A stretch of DNA of 64,000 bases from Candidatus Limnocylindria bacterium (GTDB taxonomy: Bacteria; Chloroflexota; Limnocylindria; QHBO01): positions 2,807 through 66,806 of the forward strand of contig DATAJO010000040.1 of assembly GCA_036262075.1 (NCBI GenBank). The letters run 5' to 3'. The notes below the pieces were generated by a model. The model was not told where the DNA came from, searched no databases, and was given only the letters and a program-made list of their open reading frames with translations. Below, piece by piece: positions 19,118 through 29,120 of the stretch. The position numbers and the translations under genes are program-made. The number at the start of each line of letters is the position of its first letter. Positions within the stretch are counted from its first letter, which is position 1.

Positions 19118-19141
19118 GTCAGTACCCTCCTTCGCCCGACG

Positions 19142-20044
19142 CTATTCGAAGCGCTTCCAGTGGTCGACCCAGCGGTACGAGTGCCGCGTCGGCGGCTGCG
19201 GTGCCTGGGTCTCGATCCACCGCACGCGCCCCGTTCCGGTGTTGAAGAAGCCGTGCGTGGCCCCGACCCCCGCGAAGACGACGTCTCCGGCACGGATCGT
19301 GTGCACCGTGCCGTCGAGCTCGGCCTCGATCTCACCGTCGAGGAAGAAGTACGCCTCCTCGAAGGGGTGGTCGTGGACCTGGGCCGATCCGCCGGGCTCG
19401 TAGTCCACGGTGAACATCGTCAGCAGATCGGCGCCGAACACCGGGTCGACCAGCATCTTCACGCTGATGCCGCTGTAGACGACGAGCGCGGTGTCGCGGC
19501 CGGCCGGGCGCCGCCCGCGCGCCGGGCTGTCGAGCGCGAGCGCCTCGGCCTGGGGTGGCGTGCCGTCGTAGTGACCGACGTGGCGCAGGCGCGGATCGCC
19601 GAACGGCGGGCGCTGAGCCGCGGCGGTGAATGCGTCGAGATCGAAGGGCTCGGATGCGAAGAACGTGTCGCGGCGTCCGGCATCGGGTGGCAGCCGCTGC
19701 GGGGTGCTCACCGAAAGCCAGCGGGCCTGCTCCGCGCCCGGGTTCGCGAGGGCGTGCCACGTCCCGACCGGCATGAGCGTGTAGTCGCCGGGGACGAGAC
19801 GATGGGTATGGCCGTCGATCTCGACGATCAGCTCGCCGGCGAGGACGTAGAGCGCCTCCTCGAACGAGTGGAAGTGGTGCTGCAACCAGCCACCGGGCTG
19901 GAACGCACCCACCGCGAGCTCGGTATGCACGGCGCCCTGCTCCGGCCCGACGATCACGCTCCGCGCGAGGCCGTGCCACGTCGCCGACGTCGGCATCGGC
20001 GAGTCGGCGAAGGACCAGTCGACGGGGGCGGCATGGGTCGCCAT
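19142..20044 (-). CDS. Bicupin protein (two tandem cupin domains; gentisate/quercetin dioxygenase-like fold)
   Basis: Two cupin metal-site motif sets: HHFHSFEEALYVLAGEL...GTWHAL and HDHPFEEAYFFLDGEI...GATHGF. Confidence 0.8.
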   Translation of the reverse strand: MATHAAPVDWSFADSPMPTSATWHGLARSVIVGPEQGAVHTELAVGAFQPGGWLQHHFHSFEEALYVLAGELIVEIDGHTHRLVPGDYTLMPVGTWHALANPGAEQARWLSVSTPQRLPPDAGRRDTFFASEPFDLDAFTAAAQRPPFGDPRLRHVGHYDGTPPQAEALALDSPARGRRPAGRDTALVVYSGISVKMLVDPVFGADLLTMFTVDYEPGGSAQVHDHPFEEAYFFLDGEIEAELDGTVHTIRAGDVVFAGVGATHGFFNTGTGRVRWIETQAPQPPTRHSYRWVDHWKRFE

Positions 20045-20223
20045 GGGATCGGCCCCTCCTTGCGTGTTCCAACGCCATTGAACACCACGAGCATGGTGGC
20101 AGTCGCGTCAAGAGCGTGCGACACGCCGCACGGCGAGGATCTGGACGTGTGCACTACCATTGAACTTCGATCAGGAAGGTTCGCCGGCCATCGGCCTCGA
20201 CGCCCCAGTCCAGGAGGAAGCAG

Positions 20224-21501
20224 GTGAGCGCTCTCGACACCGTTGCGCGGCCCGCGACGACGAATGCCCGGCCGATCGGCTCTCCCGGCCTCATGACCGT
20301 CGACTGGGAGGAGCGCGTCAACCCGGATCGGCTCCGCCAGTACCGGTTCGGACGTGCCCGCGACGCCCTGAACGCCTCCGAGCTCGGGTCCGTCCTCCTC
20401 TTCGACTTCAACAACATCCGCTACGTCACCTCCACCCACATCGGGGAGTGGGCGCGCGACAAGATGACCCGCTTCGCGCTGCTCACCCGCGGCGGCGAGC
20501 CGCATCTCTGGGACTTCGGCAGCGCCGCCAAGCACCACCGCCTGTACTGCCCGTGGCTGCCCGAGGAGAACGTCCGCGGCGGGATGATCGGCCTGCGAGG
20601 CGCGGTGGCGCCGGACGCCGGGCTCTTCACGCGGGCCGCGAAGGAGATCAAGGAGATCCTCGTCGCCGAGGGCACCGCCGACATGCCGCTCGGCGTCGAC
20701 ATCGTCGAGCCGCCGATGCTCGCAGCGCTCGAGGCCGAGGGCATCACCGTCCGCGACGGCCAGCAGACGATGCTCGACGCCCGCGAGGTGAAGTCCGCCG
20801 ACGAGATCATGCTCCTGAACATCGCCTGCGCCATGGTCGACGGGGCCTACCAGCTCATCGCCGAGAAGCTCAAGCCCGGCGTCCGCGAGTCCCAGCTCGT
20901 CGCGGAGGTCACGAAGGCGCTGTTCGACATGGGCAGCGAGCACGTCGACAACATCAACGCCGTCTCCGGCGAGCGCTGCTCCCCCCACCCGCACGTGTTC
21001 AGCGACCGCCTCATCCGGCCGGGTGACCAGGCGTTCTTCGACATCATCCAGACCTTCGTCGGCTACAAGACCTGCTACTACCGCACGTTCACCGTCGGCT
21101 CCGCCACCGATGCGCAACGTGACGCGTACAAGCGGGCACGGGAGTGGATCGACGCGAGCATCGAGCTCATGAAGCCGGGCGTGACGACGGACCAGGTCGC
21201 ATCGGTCTGGCCGAAGGCAACGGAGTTCGGCTTCGAGAACGAGATGGAGTGCTTCGGGCTCCAGTTCGGCCACGGCGTCGGCCTGTTCCTCCACGAACGG
21301 CCGATCATCAGCCGCCTGAACTCGCTCGAGAACCCGATCGAGCTCAAGGAGGGCATGGTCATCGCGCTCGAGACGTACTGCCCGGCGAAGGACGGCTACT
21401 CGGCCGCGCGGATCGAGGAGGAGGTCGTCATCACCAGCGGCGAGCCGCAGATCATCACCCGCTTCCCGTCGCAGGAGCTGTTCGTCGCCAATGCCTACTG
21501 A
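20224..21501 (+). CDS. M24-family metallopeptidase (creatinase/Xaa-Pro dipeptidase-like)
   Basis: N-terminal creatinase-like domain and C-terminal pita-bread fold with metal ligands (...HGVGLFLHERP...ALETYCPA...EEEVVIT). Confidence 0.85.
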   Translation: MSALDTVARPATTNARPIGSPGLMTVDWEERVNPDRLRQYRFGRARDALNASELGSVLLFDFNNIRYVTSTHIGEWARDKMTRFALLTRGGEPHLWDFGSAAKHHRLYCPWLPEENVRGGMIGLRGAVAPDAGLFTRAAKEIKEILVAEGTADMPLGVDIVEPPMLAALEAEGITVRDGQQTMLDAREVKSADEIMLLNIACAMVDGAYQLIAEKLKPGVRESQLVAEVTKALFDMGSEHVDNINAVSGERCSPHPHVFSDRLIRPGDQAFFDIIQTFVGYKTCYYRTFTVGSATDAQRDAYKRAREWIDASIELMKPGVTTDQVASVWPKATEFGFENEMECFGLQFGHGVGLFLHERPIISRLNSLENPIELKEGMVIALETYCPAKDGYSAARIEEEVVITSGEPQIITRFPSQELFVANAY

Positions 21502-22543
21502 GCAGCCACTGACCGATGCGGGCGCCGCGGCGCCCGATGTGCCGGCTCCCGAGGTGCAGGCAGCACCGGACACCGAGCTGCGGCTGCGGATGTACCGCAC
21601 GATGCTCGAGTGCCGCCTCTTCGAGCAGCGCACCCACGAGCTGTTCCTCGCCGGGCTCGTGCGCGGCACGACCCACCTCGGCATCGGCCAGGAGGCGGTG
21701 GCGGCCGGCTTCGCCGCCGCGATGCGCCCGGACGACTGGACGTTCTGCACGTACCGCGGCCACAACCACACCCTGGCGCGGGGCACGCCGATGACCCCGG
21801 TCCTCCTCGAGCTCGTGGGCAAGCAGGGCGCGCTCATGGGCACGAAGGGCGGCTCGATGCACCTGACGAGCGTCGAGCATGGCGTCATGGGCTCGTACGC
21901 GATCGTCGGCGCCCATCTGCCGATCGCGGTCGGGGCGGCGTGGTCGGCGCAGTACCGCAAGACCGACCAGGTGGCGGTCTGCTTCTTCGGCGACGGCACG
22001 ACGAACATCGGCTCCTTCCACGAGGCGCTGAACATGGCGGTGGTCTGGAAGGCCCCGGTCGTCTTCGTGTGTGAGAACAACCAGTACATGGAGTACACGC
22101 CGATCCGCTCGGTGACCGCGGTCGATCGGCCGGCGGCCGACCGGGCATCGGCGTACGGGCTCGAGGACCTCGTCGTCGACGGCAACGACGTCGAGGCGGT
22201 GTACGCCATGGCGCGGCGCACGATCGCTCGGGCGCGCGCCGGCGAGGGCCCGTCGCTCGTCGAGGCGGTCACGTACCGCCATGGCGGCCACTCCCGCGCC
22301 GACCCGGGCACGTACCGGCCCGAGGAGGAGGTCAAGGCCTGGCTGTCGCGCGACCCGATTCCCGCCCAGCGGGCGCGGCTCCTCAAGGCCGGCGTGGCCG
22401 AGGAGGACCTGGCGCGCGTCGAGGCCGAGGTGAAGGCCGCGGTTGCCGATGCCGAGAAGGCCGCCCGCGAGGCGCCCGACCCCGATCCGGCGGTCGCCAC
22501 CACCCACCTGTGGGCCGATGGAGGGGCCGAATGGCGGAGCTGA
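21491..22543 (+). CDS. Thiamine-diphosphate-dependent 2-oxo acid dehydrogenase E1 component, alpha subunit (pyruvate/acetoin dehydrogenase type)
   Basis: TPP-binding region GDGTTNIGSFHEALNMAVVWKAPVVFVCENNQYMEY and a phosphorylation-loop-like YRHGGHSRAD. Confidence 0.9.
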   Translation: MPTEQPLTDAGAAAPDVPAPEVQAAPDTELRLRMYRTMLECRLFEQRTHELFLAGLVRGTTHLGIGQEAVAAGFAAAMRPDDWTFCTYRGHNHTLARGTPMTPVLLELVGKQGALMGTKGGSMHLTSVEHGVMGSYAIVGAHLPIAVGAAWSAQYRKTDQVAVCFFGDGTTNIGSFHEALNMAVVWKAPVVFVCENNQYMEYTPIRSVTAVDRPAADRASAYGLEDLVVDGNDVEAVYAMARRTIARARAGEGPSLVEAVTYRHGGHSRADPGTYRPEEEVKAWLSRDPIPAQRARLLKAGVAEEDLARVEAEVKAAVADAEKAAREAPDPDPAVATTHLWADGGAEWRS

Positions 22544-23517
22544 CGTACCGCCAGGCCGTTGCCCGCGGGATCGCGCAGGAGATGGAGCGCGACCCGTCGG
22601 TCGTGGCGCTCGGCGAGGACATCGCCGCCGCCGGCGGCGTGTTCAAGACGACCGAGGGCCTGCTGGCGAAGTTCGGGCCCGAGCGCGTGCGGGACACGCC
22701 GATCAGCGAGCAGGCGATCATCGGCGCGGCGATGGGCGCCGCGATGACCGGCCTCCGGCCCGTGGCCGAGCTCATGTTCAGCGACTTCTTCGGCGTCGCC
22801 TGGGACATGGTCGCCAACCAGATCGCCAAGACCCGCTACATGACCGATGGGCAGGTCTCGCTGCCGCTCGTCATCCGCACCGCGAACGGCGGCGGGCTGC
22901 GCTTCGGCGCCCAGCACTCGCAGTCGATCGAGAACTGGGCGATGGCGATTCCCGGGCTGAAGGTCGTGGCCCCGTCGACGCCGCACGACATGGTCGGGCT
23001 CATGGCGTCCGCCATCCGCGACCCGGACCCGGTGATCGTGTGCGAGCACAAGTCGCTGTTCGCCGACAAGGCCGATGTCGACGACGGCGAGATCGTCGTC
23101 CCGCTCGGTCAGGCGCGGGTCGTGCGCGAAGGGACGGATGCCACGGTCGTCGCACTGGCCGCGATGGTGCCGCGGGCGCTGGCCGCGGCCGAGCGGCTGG
23201 CGGAGAACGGCGGGCCGTCGCTCGAGGTCATCGACCTGCGCACGCTCGTGCCGCTCGACATGACGACCGTGCTCGAGTCGGTCCGCAAGACGTCGCGGCT
23301 GTTCACGGTCGAGGAGAACCCGCGGCTGTGCGGCTGGGGCGCCGAGGTCGTCTCGATCGTGGCCGAGGAGGCGATCTACTCGCTCGACGGACCCCTCGTC
23401 CGGATCACGACCCCGCACGTGCCGCTGGCGGCGAACCCGGTGCTGGAGGACGCGCAGATGCCATCGGCCGACCGGATCGTCGACGTCGTGACGACGACGA
23501 TGGAGGCCACCGGCTGA
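22531..23517 (+). CDS. 2-oxo acid dehydrogenase E1 component, beta subunit
   Basis: MAELTYRQAVARGIAQEM...GEDIAAAGGVFKTTEGL...DTPISEQAIIGAAMGAAMTGLRP is a typical transketolase-like beta subunit. Overlaps the alpha-subunit stop. Confidence 0.9.
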   Translation: MAELTYRQAVARGIAQEMERDPSVVALGEDIAAAGGVFKTTEGLLAKFGPERVRDTPISEQAIIGAAMGAAMTGLRPVAELMFSDFFGVAWDMVANQIAKTRYMTDGQVSLPLVIRTANGGGLRFGAQHSQSIENWAMAIPGLKVVAPSTPHDMVGLMASAIRDPDPVIVCEHKSLFADKADVDDGEIVVPLGQARVVREGTDATVVALAAMVPRALAAAERLAENGGPSLEVIDLRTLVPLDMTTVLESVRKTSRLFTVEENPRLCGWGAEVVSIVAEEAIYSLDGPLVRITTPHVPLAANPVLEDAQMPSADRIVDVVTTTMEATG

Positions 23518-24416
23518 TGGTCCGCGTCGCCGTCGTCGGGACCGGGCGGATGGGCTCGGCGATGGCCCGCGCGCTCGCCCAGGGCGGGGCGACGCTCGTC
23601 CTCCACAACCGAACGCTGGAATCTGCCCGGTCCCTGGCCCAGGAGCTCGGCGCGTCGGTCGCCACCACGCCGCGCGAGGCGGCCGCGGCCGCCGACGTGG
23701 CGATCACGATGCTCGCCGACGGCGACGCGGTGCGGCAGACCTGGGACGGACCCAACGGGCTCGTCGCGGGCGCGCACGACGGAGGCGTCCTGGTCGACGC
23801 CTCGACCGTCCCGCCCGACACGATCACCGCGTTCGAGACGGCGGTCCGGGAGCGCGGCTCGGGGATCGTCGACGCGCCCGTCTCGGGCAGCACGAAGCTC
23901 GCGACCGACGGCCAGCTGACGATCATGGCCGGCGGCCGTCCCGAGGATCTCGAGCGGGCGAAGCCGGCGCTCGACCTCGTCGCGCGGCACACGACCCACG
24001 TCGGGCCGCTCGGCAGCGGCGCCGCGCTGAAGCTGGCGGTCAACGCACTGATCTTCGCGCTCAACAACAGCCTCGCCGAGGCCCTCGTGCTGGCCGAGCG
24101 CGCGGGCATCGACCCGCGGACCGCGTACGAGGTGTTCGCCTCGTCCGCCGCCGGCGCCCCGTACGTCGGCTACAAGCGCGACGCGTACCTCGCGCCGGAC
24201 GAGACGCCCACGGCCTTCTCCCTCGACCTTGCCCTCAAGGACCTCGGCCTCATCCTCGGCCTGGCCGATCGGCTCGGCGTGCCGACGGACCAGATCCGCG
24301 TCAACCAGCAGCTCATCGGCGCGACCGCGCGCCGCATCGGTGGCGACCGCGACATGTCGGCGGTTGCCGTTCACCTGCGCGAGCAATCCGAGGAGGGTGC
24401 CCGGGCCGAGACCTAG
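23517..24416 (+). CDS. NAD(P)-dependent oxidoreductase, 3-hydroxyisobutyrate dehydrogenase (HIBADH)/6-phosphogluconate dehydrogenase-like family
   Basis: N-terminal Rossmann motif VAVVGTGRMGSAMA and a catalytic region (GSGAALKLAVNAL). ATG overlaps the E1-beta stop (ATGA). Confidence 0.88.
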   Translation: MVRVAVVGTGRMGSAMARALAQGGATLVLHNRTLESARSLAQELGASVATTPREAAAAADVAITMLADGDAVRQTWDGPNGLVAGAHDGGVLVDASTVPPDTITAFETAVRERGSGIVDAPVSGSTKLATDGQLTIMAGGRPEDLERAKPALDLVARHTTHVGPLGSGAALKLAVNALIFALNNSLAEALVLAERAGIDPRTAYEVFASSAAGAPYVGYKRDAYLAPDETPTAFSLDLALKDLGLILGLADRLGVPTDQIRVNQQLIGATARRIGGDRDMSAVAVHLREQSEEGARAET

Positions 24417-24439
24417 ACCGAGACCGTCCCAACCCATCG

Positions 24440-25885
24440 GTGCATTTGGAGAACGGAGGCTGCGTACCTGTGACTGACCGAATCCTCATCCGCGGCGGCA
24501 CCGTCCTGACCCAGGACCCGAACCTGGGCGAGATCGCGAAGGGCGACGTCCTCGTCGAGGACGGCAGGATCGTCGACGTCGGCCCCAACCTCTCGGCCGA
24601 TGGGGCACGCGTCATCGATGCGGCCGGCGACATCGTCATTCCCGGGTTCATCGACACGCACCGCCACACGTGGGAGACGTGCATCCGGACCTGCGCGCCG
24701 GACTACGCGCTGATCACGTACTTCGGCTCGATCCTCGACAAGTTCGCGCCGCACTATCGCCCCGAGGACGTCCACTCCGCGACCCTGTGGGGCGCGCTCG
24801 AGTGCCTGAACGCCGGGATCACCACGCTCGTCGACTGGGCGCACATCATGAACACGCCCGAGCACGCGGATGCATCGGTCAAGGCGCTCCAGGAGTCCGG
24901 CATCCGATCCGTCTTCGCCTTCGGCTTCCCGAACACCTCGCTCCAGGACTGGTGGTTCGGCCCGGACTACGCCGGATCGGTCCTCACCTCCGATGGCGAC
25001 GAGGCGCGGCGCCTGAAGTCCACCTACTTCAACGCCGATGACGGCCTCGACGGCCGGATCACGATGGGCCTCGCCACCCGCGGCCCGGGCTTCTGCAAGC
25101 CGGATGTCGTCCGCCACGACTGGGAGCTCGCCAAGGAGCTCGGCATCAACATCACCGTCCACGTCGCGATGGACCGATTCGGCTACACGAAGGGCCAGAT
25201 CACCGCGCTGCGCGACATGGACCTGCTCTACCCCGGCACGACGTACGTCCACGCCTCGCACTTCACCGACGAGGAATGGGCGCTGGTCCGCGACTCAGGC
25301 GGGAACGTCAGCTTTGCGCCGCAGATCGAGATCCAGATGGGCCACGGCTGGGCCCCGGCCGTCACCGCGTTGGAATATTCGGTGCCGATCGGACTGTCCT
25401 CCGACGTCGCCACCACCGCATCGGCCGATCAGTTCACCCAGATGCACGCCATCCTCGGCTCCGAGCGCGGCCGCAAGCACCAGGACGCGTGGGACGCGAA
25501 CCTCGATGGTCTCGAGGCGTCACCCGGCCTCATCACCTCGCGCCAGGCGCTCGAGTGGGGCACCCTCGGCGGCGCGCGCGTCGCCGGCATCGAGGACCGC
25601 ACCGGCTCGCTGACGCCGGGCAAGCAGGCGGACATCGTGATCATCGACGGCTCCGCGGTGAACGTGGCCCCGATCATCGATCCCGTCGGCGCGGTCGTCT
25701 GCGCGGCCGACGTGTCGAACGTGAAGACCGTCCTCGTGGGCGGCAACGTCGTGAAGGAGGACTTCAAGCTCGCCGCCTCGCTCGACGGCCCGCGCCGCGC
25801 GGTCGAGGCCTCGCGGGACTACCTCCTCGAGAAGTTCGGCGCCCCCGACCCCGGCTGGATCGCCCCTTCGGCTTCCGCCGGCTGA
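24440..25885 (+). CDS. Amidohydrolase-family metal-dependent hydrolase (cytosine/guanine deaminase-like)
   Basis: TIM-barrel amidohydrolase signature: GFIDTHRHTWE (HxH metal ligands), later HV/HAS and the D of SSD. Confidence 0.85.
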   Translation: MHLENGGCVPVTDRILIRGGTVLTQDPNLGEIAKGDVLVEDGRIVDVGPNLSADGARVIDAAGDIVIPGFIDTHRHTWETCIRTCAPDYALITYFGSILDKFAPHYRPEDVHSATLWGALECLNAGITTLVDWAHIMNTPEHADASVKALQESGIRSVFAFGFPNTSLQDWWFGPDYAGSVLTSDGDEARRLKSTYFNADDGLDGRITMGLATRGPGFCKPDVVRHDWELAKELGINITVHVAMDRFGYTKGQITALRDMDLLYPGTTYVHASHFTDEEWALVRDSGGNVSFAPQIEIQMGHGWAPAVTALEYSVPIGLSSDVATTASADQFTQMHAILGSERGRKHQDAWDANLDGLEASPGLITSRQALEWGTLGGARVAGIEDRTGSLTPGKQADIVIIDGSAVNVAPIIDPVGAVVCAADVSNVKTVLVGGNVVKEDFKLAASLDGPRRAVEASRDYLLEKFGAPDPGWIAPSASAG

Positions 25886-25958
25886 CCCCGCTCTTCGGGC
25901 CGGCTGACCTCGTCCCTCGGCCCACGCGCCGTCCTTCGGCCCATCGGGCCGCCCGGAA

Positions 25959-25989
25959 CCCGCGAAAGCTCCGCGGCGGCCCGTTTTCG
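25959..25989 (+). terminator. Candidate intrinsic terminator (CCGCG-AAAGCTC-CGCGG stem-loop followed by GGCCCGTTTTCG)
   Basis: Read directly downstream of the amidohydrolase stop; short GC stem plus a T4 tract. Confidence 0.3.
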
Positions 25990-26108
25990 TGCTCGGCGAT
26001 CGCGCAACAGCCACGAAAGCCCACGGAACAGAGCTGGATGGGGCCGGTGGTATCCTTCTTGCCTTCCCTGAACGGGCAGAGATTCCACACGAAGGGACGC
26101 AAATCGCC

Positions 26109-26432
26109 ATGTTCAGCCGCGTACGAATCGCGATTCGCTTCTTCTTCGTCGGCCTGGCGGTTGGCGTGCTCCTCGCCCCCCGGAGCGGCGAAGAAACCCG
26201 CCGCATGCTGCGCGAGCGGGCCGATCGGCTCCTGAACGACATCCTCGACGCGGCATCGCTCGGTGCGGGCGGAGGGGCCTCCGCCTCCGGCACGACGCCG
26301 GATGAAGAGGCCACGGCGCCGCGCACGAGCCGATCGTCGAACGGCAGCGGAACGAGCTCGAGCCGCAGCCGCAAGGCGAGCACCGCATCGGAATCCGAGA
26401 CCGAGGCGGAGGCCACGAGCGCCGGGGCCTAG
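26109..26432 (+). CDS. YtxH-domain small membrane-associated protein
   Basis: MFSRVRIAIRFFFVGLAVGVLLAPRSGEETRRMLRERADRLL matches the YtxH motif (G-x3-G-x3-LLAPxSGxETR). It is followed by a Gly/Ser/Thr/Glu-rich tail. Start coordinate is +/-1 nt. Confidence 0.6.
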   Translation: MFSRVRIAIRFFFVGLAVGVLLAPRSGEETRRMLRERADRLLNDILDAASLGAGGGASASGTTPDEEATAPRTSRSSNGSGTSSSRSRKASTASESETEAEATSAGA

Positions 26433-26564
26433 ACCGGGGCACGAAACCGAGCCCCCGCCACCAACGAATCGCCGATGCGCTGGCCGCGACGACCGCGGCG
26501 CCCAGGACCCGCCGACCAGGACGATGATCGGCGGGTCCGTGACGATGCGCGCGAGCGCGAGCGG

Positions 26565-27212
26565 ATGGTGGCCGAGCAGCTCATGGCGCGCGGGATCCGC
26601 GACCCCGAAGTGCTCGAGGCGTTCCGCAAGGTCCCGCGCCACCTGTTCGTCGAGGGCGACGACCCGTACGGCGACCACGCCATGCCGGTCGGCGAGGGGC
26701 AGACGATCTCACAGCCGTACGTCGTGGCGCGGATGACATCGGCGGCCCGTCCGCCCGGACCGATGGGCTGGCGCGATGCCCCCGTCCTCGAGGTCGGCAC
26801 CGGCAGCGGGTACCAGGCCGCCATCCTCGCCGAGCTGGGGGCGCGGGTGACGACGATCGAGCGGCATCGGTCGCTGGCGGAGGAGGCCAGCCGCCGGCTG
26901 GCGGCCGCGGGCTACGGTCCCGACCGGGTGAAGATCGTCGTGGGCGACGGCACGGAGGGCTGGGAGCCGGGCGCGCCGTATCGGTCCATCATCGTCACCG
27001 CCGGCGGACCGAGGATCCCGGAGCCGCTCCTGAAGCAGCTCGATCCCGATCGCGGCCGGCTCGTCATGCCGGTCGGCAGCCGGTCGCACCAGTTCCTCAC
27101 CGTGGTGACGCGGATCGGCGACCAGTACGAGCGCGCGGCGCTCGAGCCGGTCGTGTTCGTACCGCTCGTCGGACGGCACGGCGTGCAGGAGAACGAGTCC
27201 TCCAACGTCTGA
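26565..27212 (+). CDS. pcm: Protein-L-isoaspartate O-methyltransferase
   Basis: MVAEQLMARGIRDPEVLEAFRKVPRHLFV...ISQPYVVARM...VLEVGTGSGYQAAILAEL (SAM motif I)...TAGGPRIPEPLLKQL. The ORF is open from 26475 but ATG 26565 gives the canonical length. Confidence 0.88.
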   Translation: MVAEQLMARGIRDPEVLEAFRKVPRHLFVEGDDPYGDHAMPVGEGQTISQPYVVARMTSAARPPGPMGWRDAPVLEVGTGSGYQAAILAELGARVTTIERHRSLAEEASRRLAAAGYGPDRVKIVVGDGTEGWEPGAPYRSIIVTAGGPRIPEPLLKQLDPDRGRLVMPVGSRSHQFLTVVTRIGDQYERAALEPVVFVPLVGRHGVQENESSNV

Positions 27213-27318
27213 GGCGGTCGGCCGCGCCGGTCGCATGGCATGCCTCGTGCATCCATGGGCGGGTGGGCCCGCCTGCCCAAATGCGCGGCCCGATCCGCAC
27301 GAGGAGGTACCTCGCGAC

Positions 27319-27801
27319 ATGACCTACCGACGAACCGATGCCGATCCGGGCGATGACACGCGCGTCGTCGAGCGCGAGACCTACGTCGAGCGCGATCCCG
27401 GCTACGTGCCTCCGGCGGCGCAGCCAGCGGGCAGCCAGGTGAACGTCAACGCGGGCACGGGGCGTGGCCCGACATATGTCGAGACATCGCCGGGGCCGCT
27501 CTACTACGCGCGGCGGATCCTGTCGCTGTTGTTCGGGATCCTCACCGTGCTCATCGCGCTGCGGATCCTGTTCCTGCTGCTCGTCGCGAACCCCGGCAAC
27601 GCGATCGTCGACTTCGTGTACAGCGTGACCGAGCCGTTCGTGGCGCCGTTCCGCGGCATCTTCGCGCTGGACCAGGTCGTCGTCGGCGACTCCACCTTCG
27701 AAGTCGCGGGGCTCGTGGCGCTCATCGGCTGGTTCCTGATCTACCTGCTGATCATGGCCATCCTCAGCCTCGGCGATCGAGGACGGAGCGTTCCGGCCTA
27801 G
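27319..27801 (+). CDS. YggT-family integral membrane protein
   Basis: ATG at 27319 preceded by SD GAGGAGG (27301-27307). Pro/Gly-rich N-terminus, then a YggT-type hydrophobic core (RRILSLLFGILTVLIALRILFLLL...WFLIYLLIMAIL). Confidence 0.7.
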   Translation: MTYRRTDADPGDDTRVVERETYVERDPGYVPPAAQPAGSQVNVNAGTGRGPTYVETSPGPLYYARRILSLLFGILTVLIALRILFLLLVANPGNAIVDFVYSVTEPFVAPFRGIFALDQVVVGDSTFEVAGLVALIGWFLIYLLIMAILSLGDRGRSVPA

Positions 27802-29120
27802 AGCGGCGGAACCTCCAGCGCACCGCGCTCGGCGCGAGGGGCGGCCACCCCGCGGGCGCCGGGCGTGTGCGGCACGCCGGCACGAGCCAGCTCCTCGTCG
27901 TAGACGTCCTCGATGCGCTTCACCTGCGCGTCGATGCTGAACCGATCGGCGACGGTCCGATAGCCGGCATCGGCCAGCCGATCGCGCAGCGGCGCATCGG
28001 CGAGAAGACAGACGATCGCGTCCGCCAGGGCGCCGGGATCCTCGGGCGGCACGAGCAGCCCGTCGACGCCCGAGGTGATGACTTCGGGCACGCCGCCGAC
28101 CGCCGTGCCGACGACCGGGACGCGGCGGGCCATGGCCTCGAGGATGCTGATTCCCTGCGCCTCGCGCAGCGACGGGAGGACAGCCACGGTCAGGTCGGCC
28201 GTGACGGCGGCGATGTCGTCGCGGCGCCCGGTGAAGATGACCCGCGAGGCGACGCCACGGCCCAACGCCCGTGCCTGGGCGCGCAGCGCATCGGCTTCGG
28301 AGCCCTCACCGACGATCGCCAGCCAGGCATCGGGGCGGCGCTCGAGGACGGACGGCCAGGCGTCGAGGAGATGCCGATGTCCCTTCTCGGGCTCGAGCCG
28401 GGCGACGACGCCGACCAGGGGCGCATCACCAGGAATGCCGAACTCGCGACGCAGGCGGCAGGCGGGCACCGGCGCGCGGAAGCGCGACAGGTCGACGCCG
28501 TTGGGAATGACGGCGAACCGCGCGTCACCGCGGCCCTCGTGGCGGACCTTGTGCTCGATCGCGGCCGACGGAACGATGAGCCGATCCATCGCCGGCGTGA
28601 GCGACGCGAGGAGCGCGACGTCCTCGGGCGGGCGGACGCGCGACGAGTGGACGGTGGCCATGATCACGGGGACCCCGGCCGCCACGGCGGCGCGGGTGCC
28701 GACGGTCTCGGCGCGGTACATGTGGGCGTGGACGAGATCGATCTCCTCGCGCCGCAGCCAGGCGGCCAGCTCGCGGACCGCCAGCTCGTCATCCGGCTCG
28801 TCGAGCACCTCGACCGCCAGGCCCAGCCGTCGAAGCCGATGCACCGCCGAGCCCTCGCTCAGCGACAGCGCCCGCACGTCGTACTTCGCCCGGTCCAGCC
28901 GTAGCAGCAGCCCGGTGTACGACTCCTGCGCCCCGCCGTTGCCGCCGGTGGCCAGCAGCTGGAGCAGCCGTGGGCGCGGATGGCTGCGCGACCGATGGAT
29001 CCGCCGATGCCGCGTGTAGCTCGCCCCGGCGATGGCGCCCTCGTGGTCGGGCGCGTGCTGGCGGGCCGATCCCGCCCGCCGGCGCCTCGGCGCAGTGGAC
29101 ATGCGCGTGGTATGGCTCAC
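27798..29120 (-). CDS. Glycosyltransferase, GT4 family (GT-B fold)
   Basis: C-terminal E-x7-E-type region (...ISILEAMARRVPVVGTAVGGVPEV...) and N-terminal GT4 sugar-acceptor domain. GTG start at 29120 sits inside a repeat-derived leader (see findings); the first ~45 aa are basic/low-complexity, so the true start may be downstream. Confidence 0.85.
   Translation of the reverse strand: MSHTTRMSTAPRRRRAGSARQHAPDHEGAIAGASYTRHRRIHRSRSHPRPRLLQLLATGGNGGAQESYTGLLLRLDRAKYDVRALSLSEGSAVHRLRRLGLAVEVLDEPDDELAVRELAAWLRREEIDLVHAHMYRAETVGTRAAVAAGVPVIMATVHSSRVRPPEDVALLASLTPAMDRLIVPSAAIEHKVRHEGRGDARFAVIPNGVDLSRFRAPVPACRLRREFGIPGDAPLVGVVARLEPEKGHRHLLDAWPSVLERRPDAWLAIVGEGSEADALRAQARALGRGVASRVIFTGRRDDIAAVTADLTVAVLPSLREAQGISILEAMARRVPVVGTAVGGVPEVITSGVDGLLVPPEDPGALADAIVCLLADAPLRDRLADAGYRTVADRFSIDAQVKRIEDVYDEELARAGVPHTPGARGVAAPRAERGALEVPPL

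Noticed and set aside
19954-23418. 1154-aa minus-strand ORF, the longest in the track. Similar long antisense ORFs occur at 2961-4502, 12799-15000, 14925-16913, 17256-18794, 36153-38264, 43735-44550, 45492-46676 and 47342-48496.
   Set aside because: They lie exactly antisense to genes with clear conserved motifs (E1 alpha/beta, the Liv transporter, kinases and others). Their translations are Arg/Pro/Gly/Ala-rich low-complexity, which is typical of shadow ORFs in ~70% GC DNA. The sense-strand genes are the real ones.
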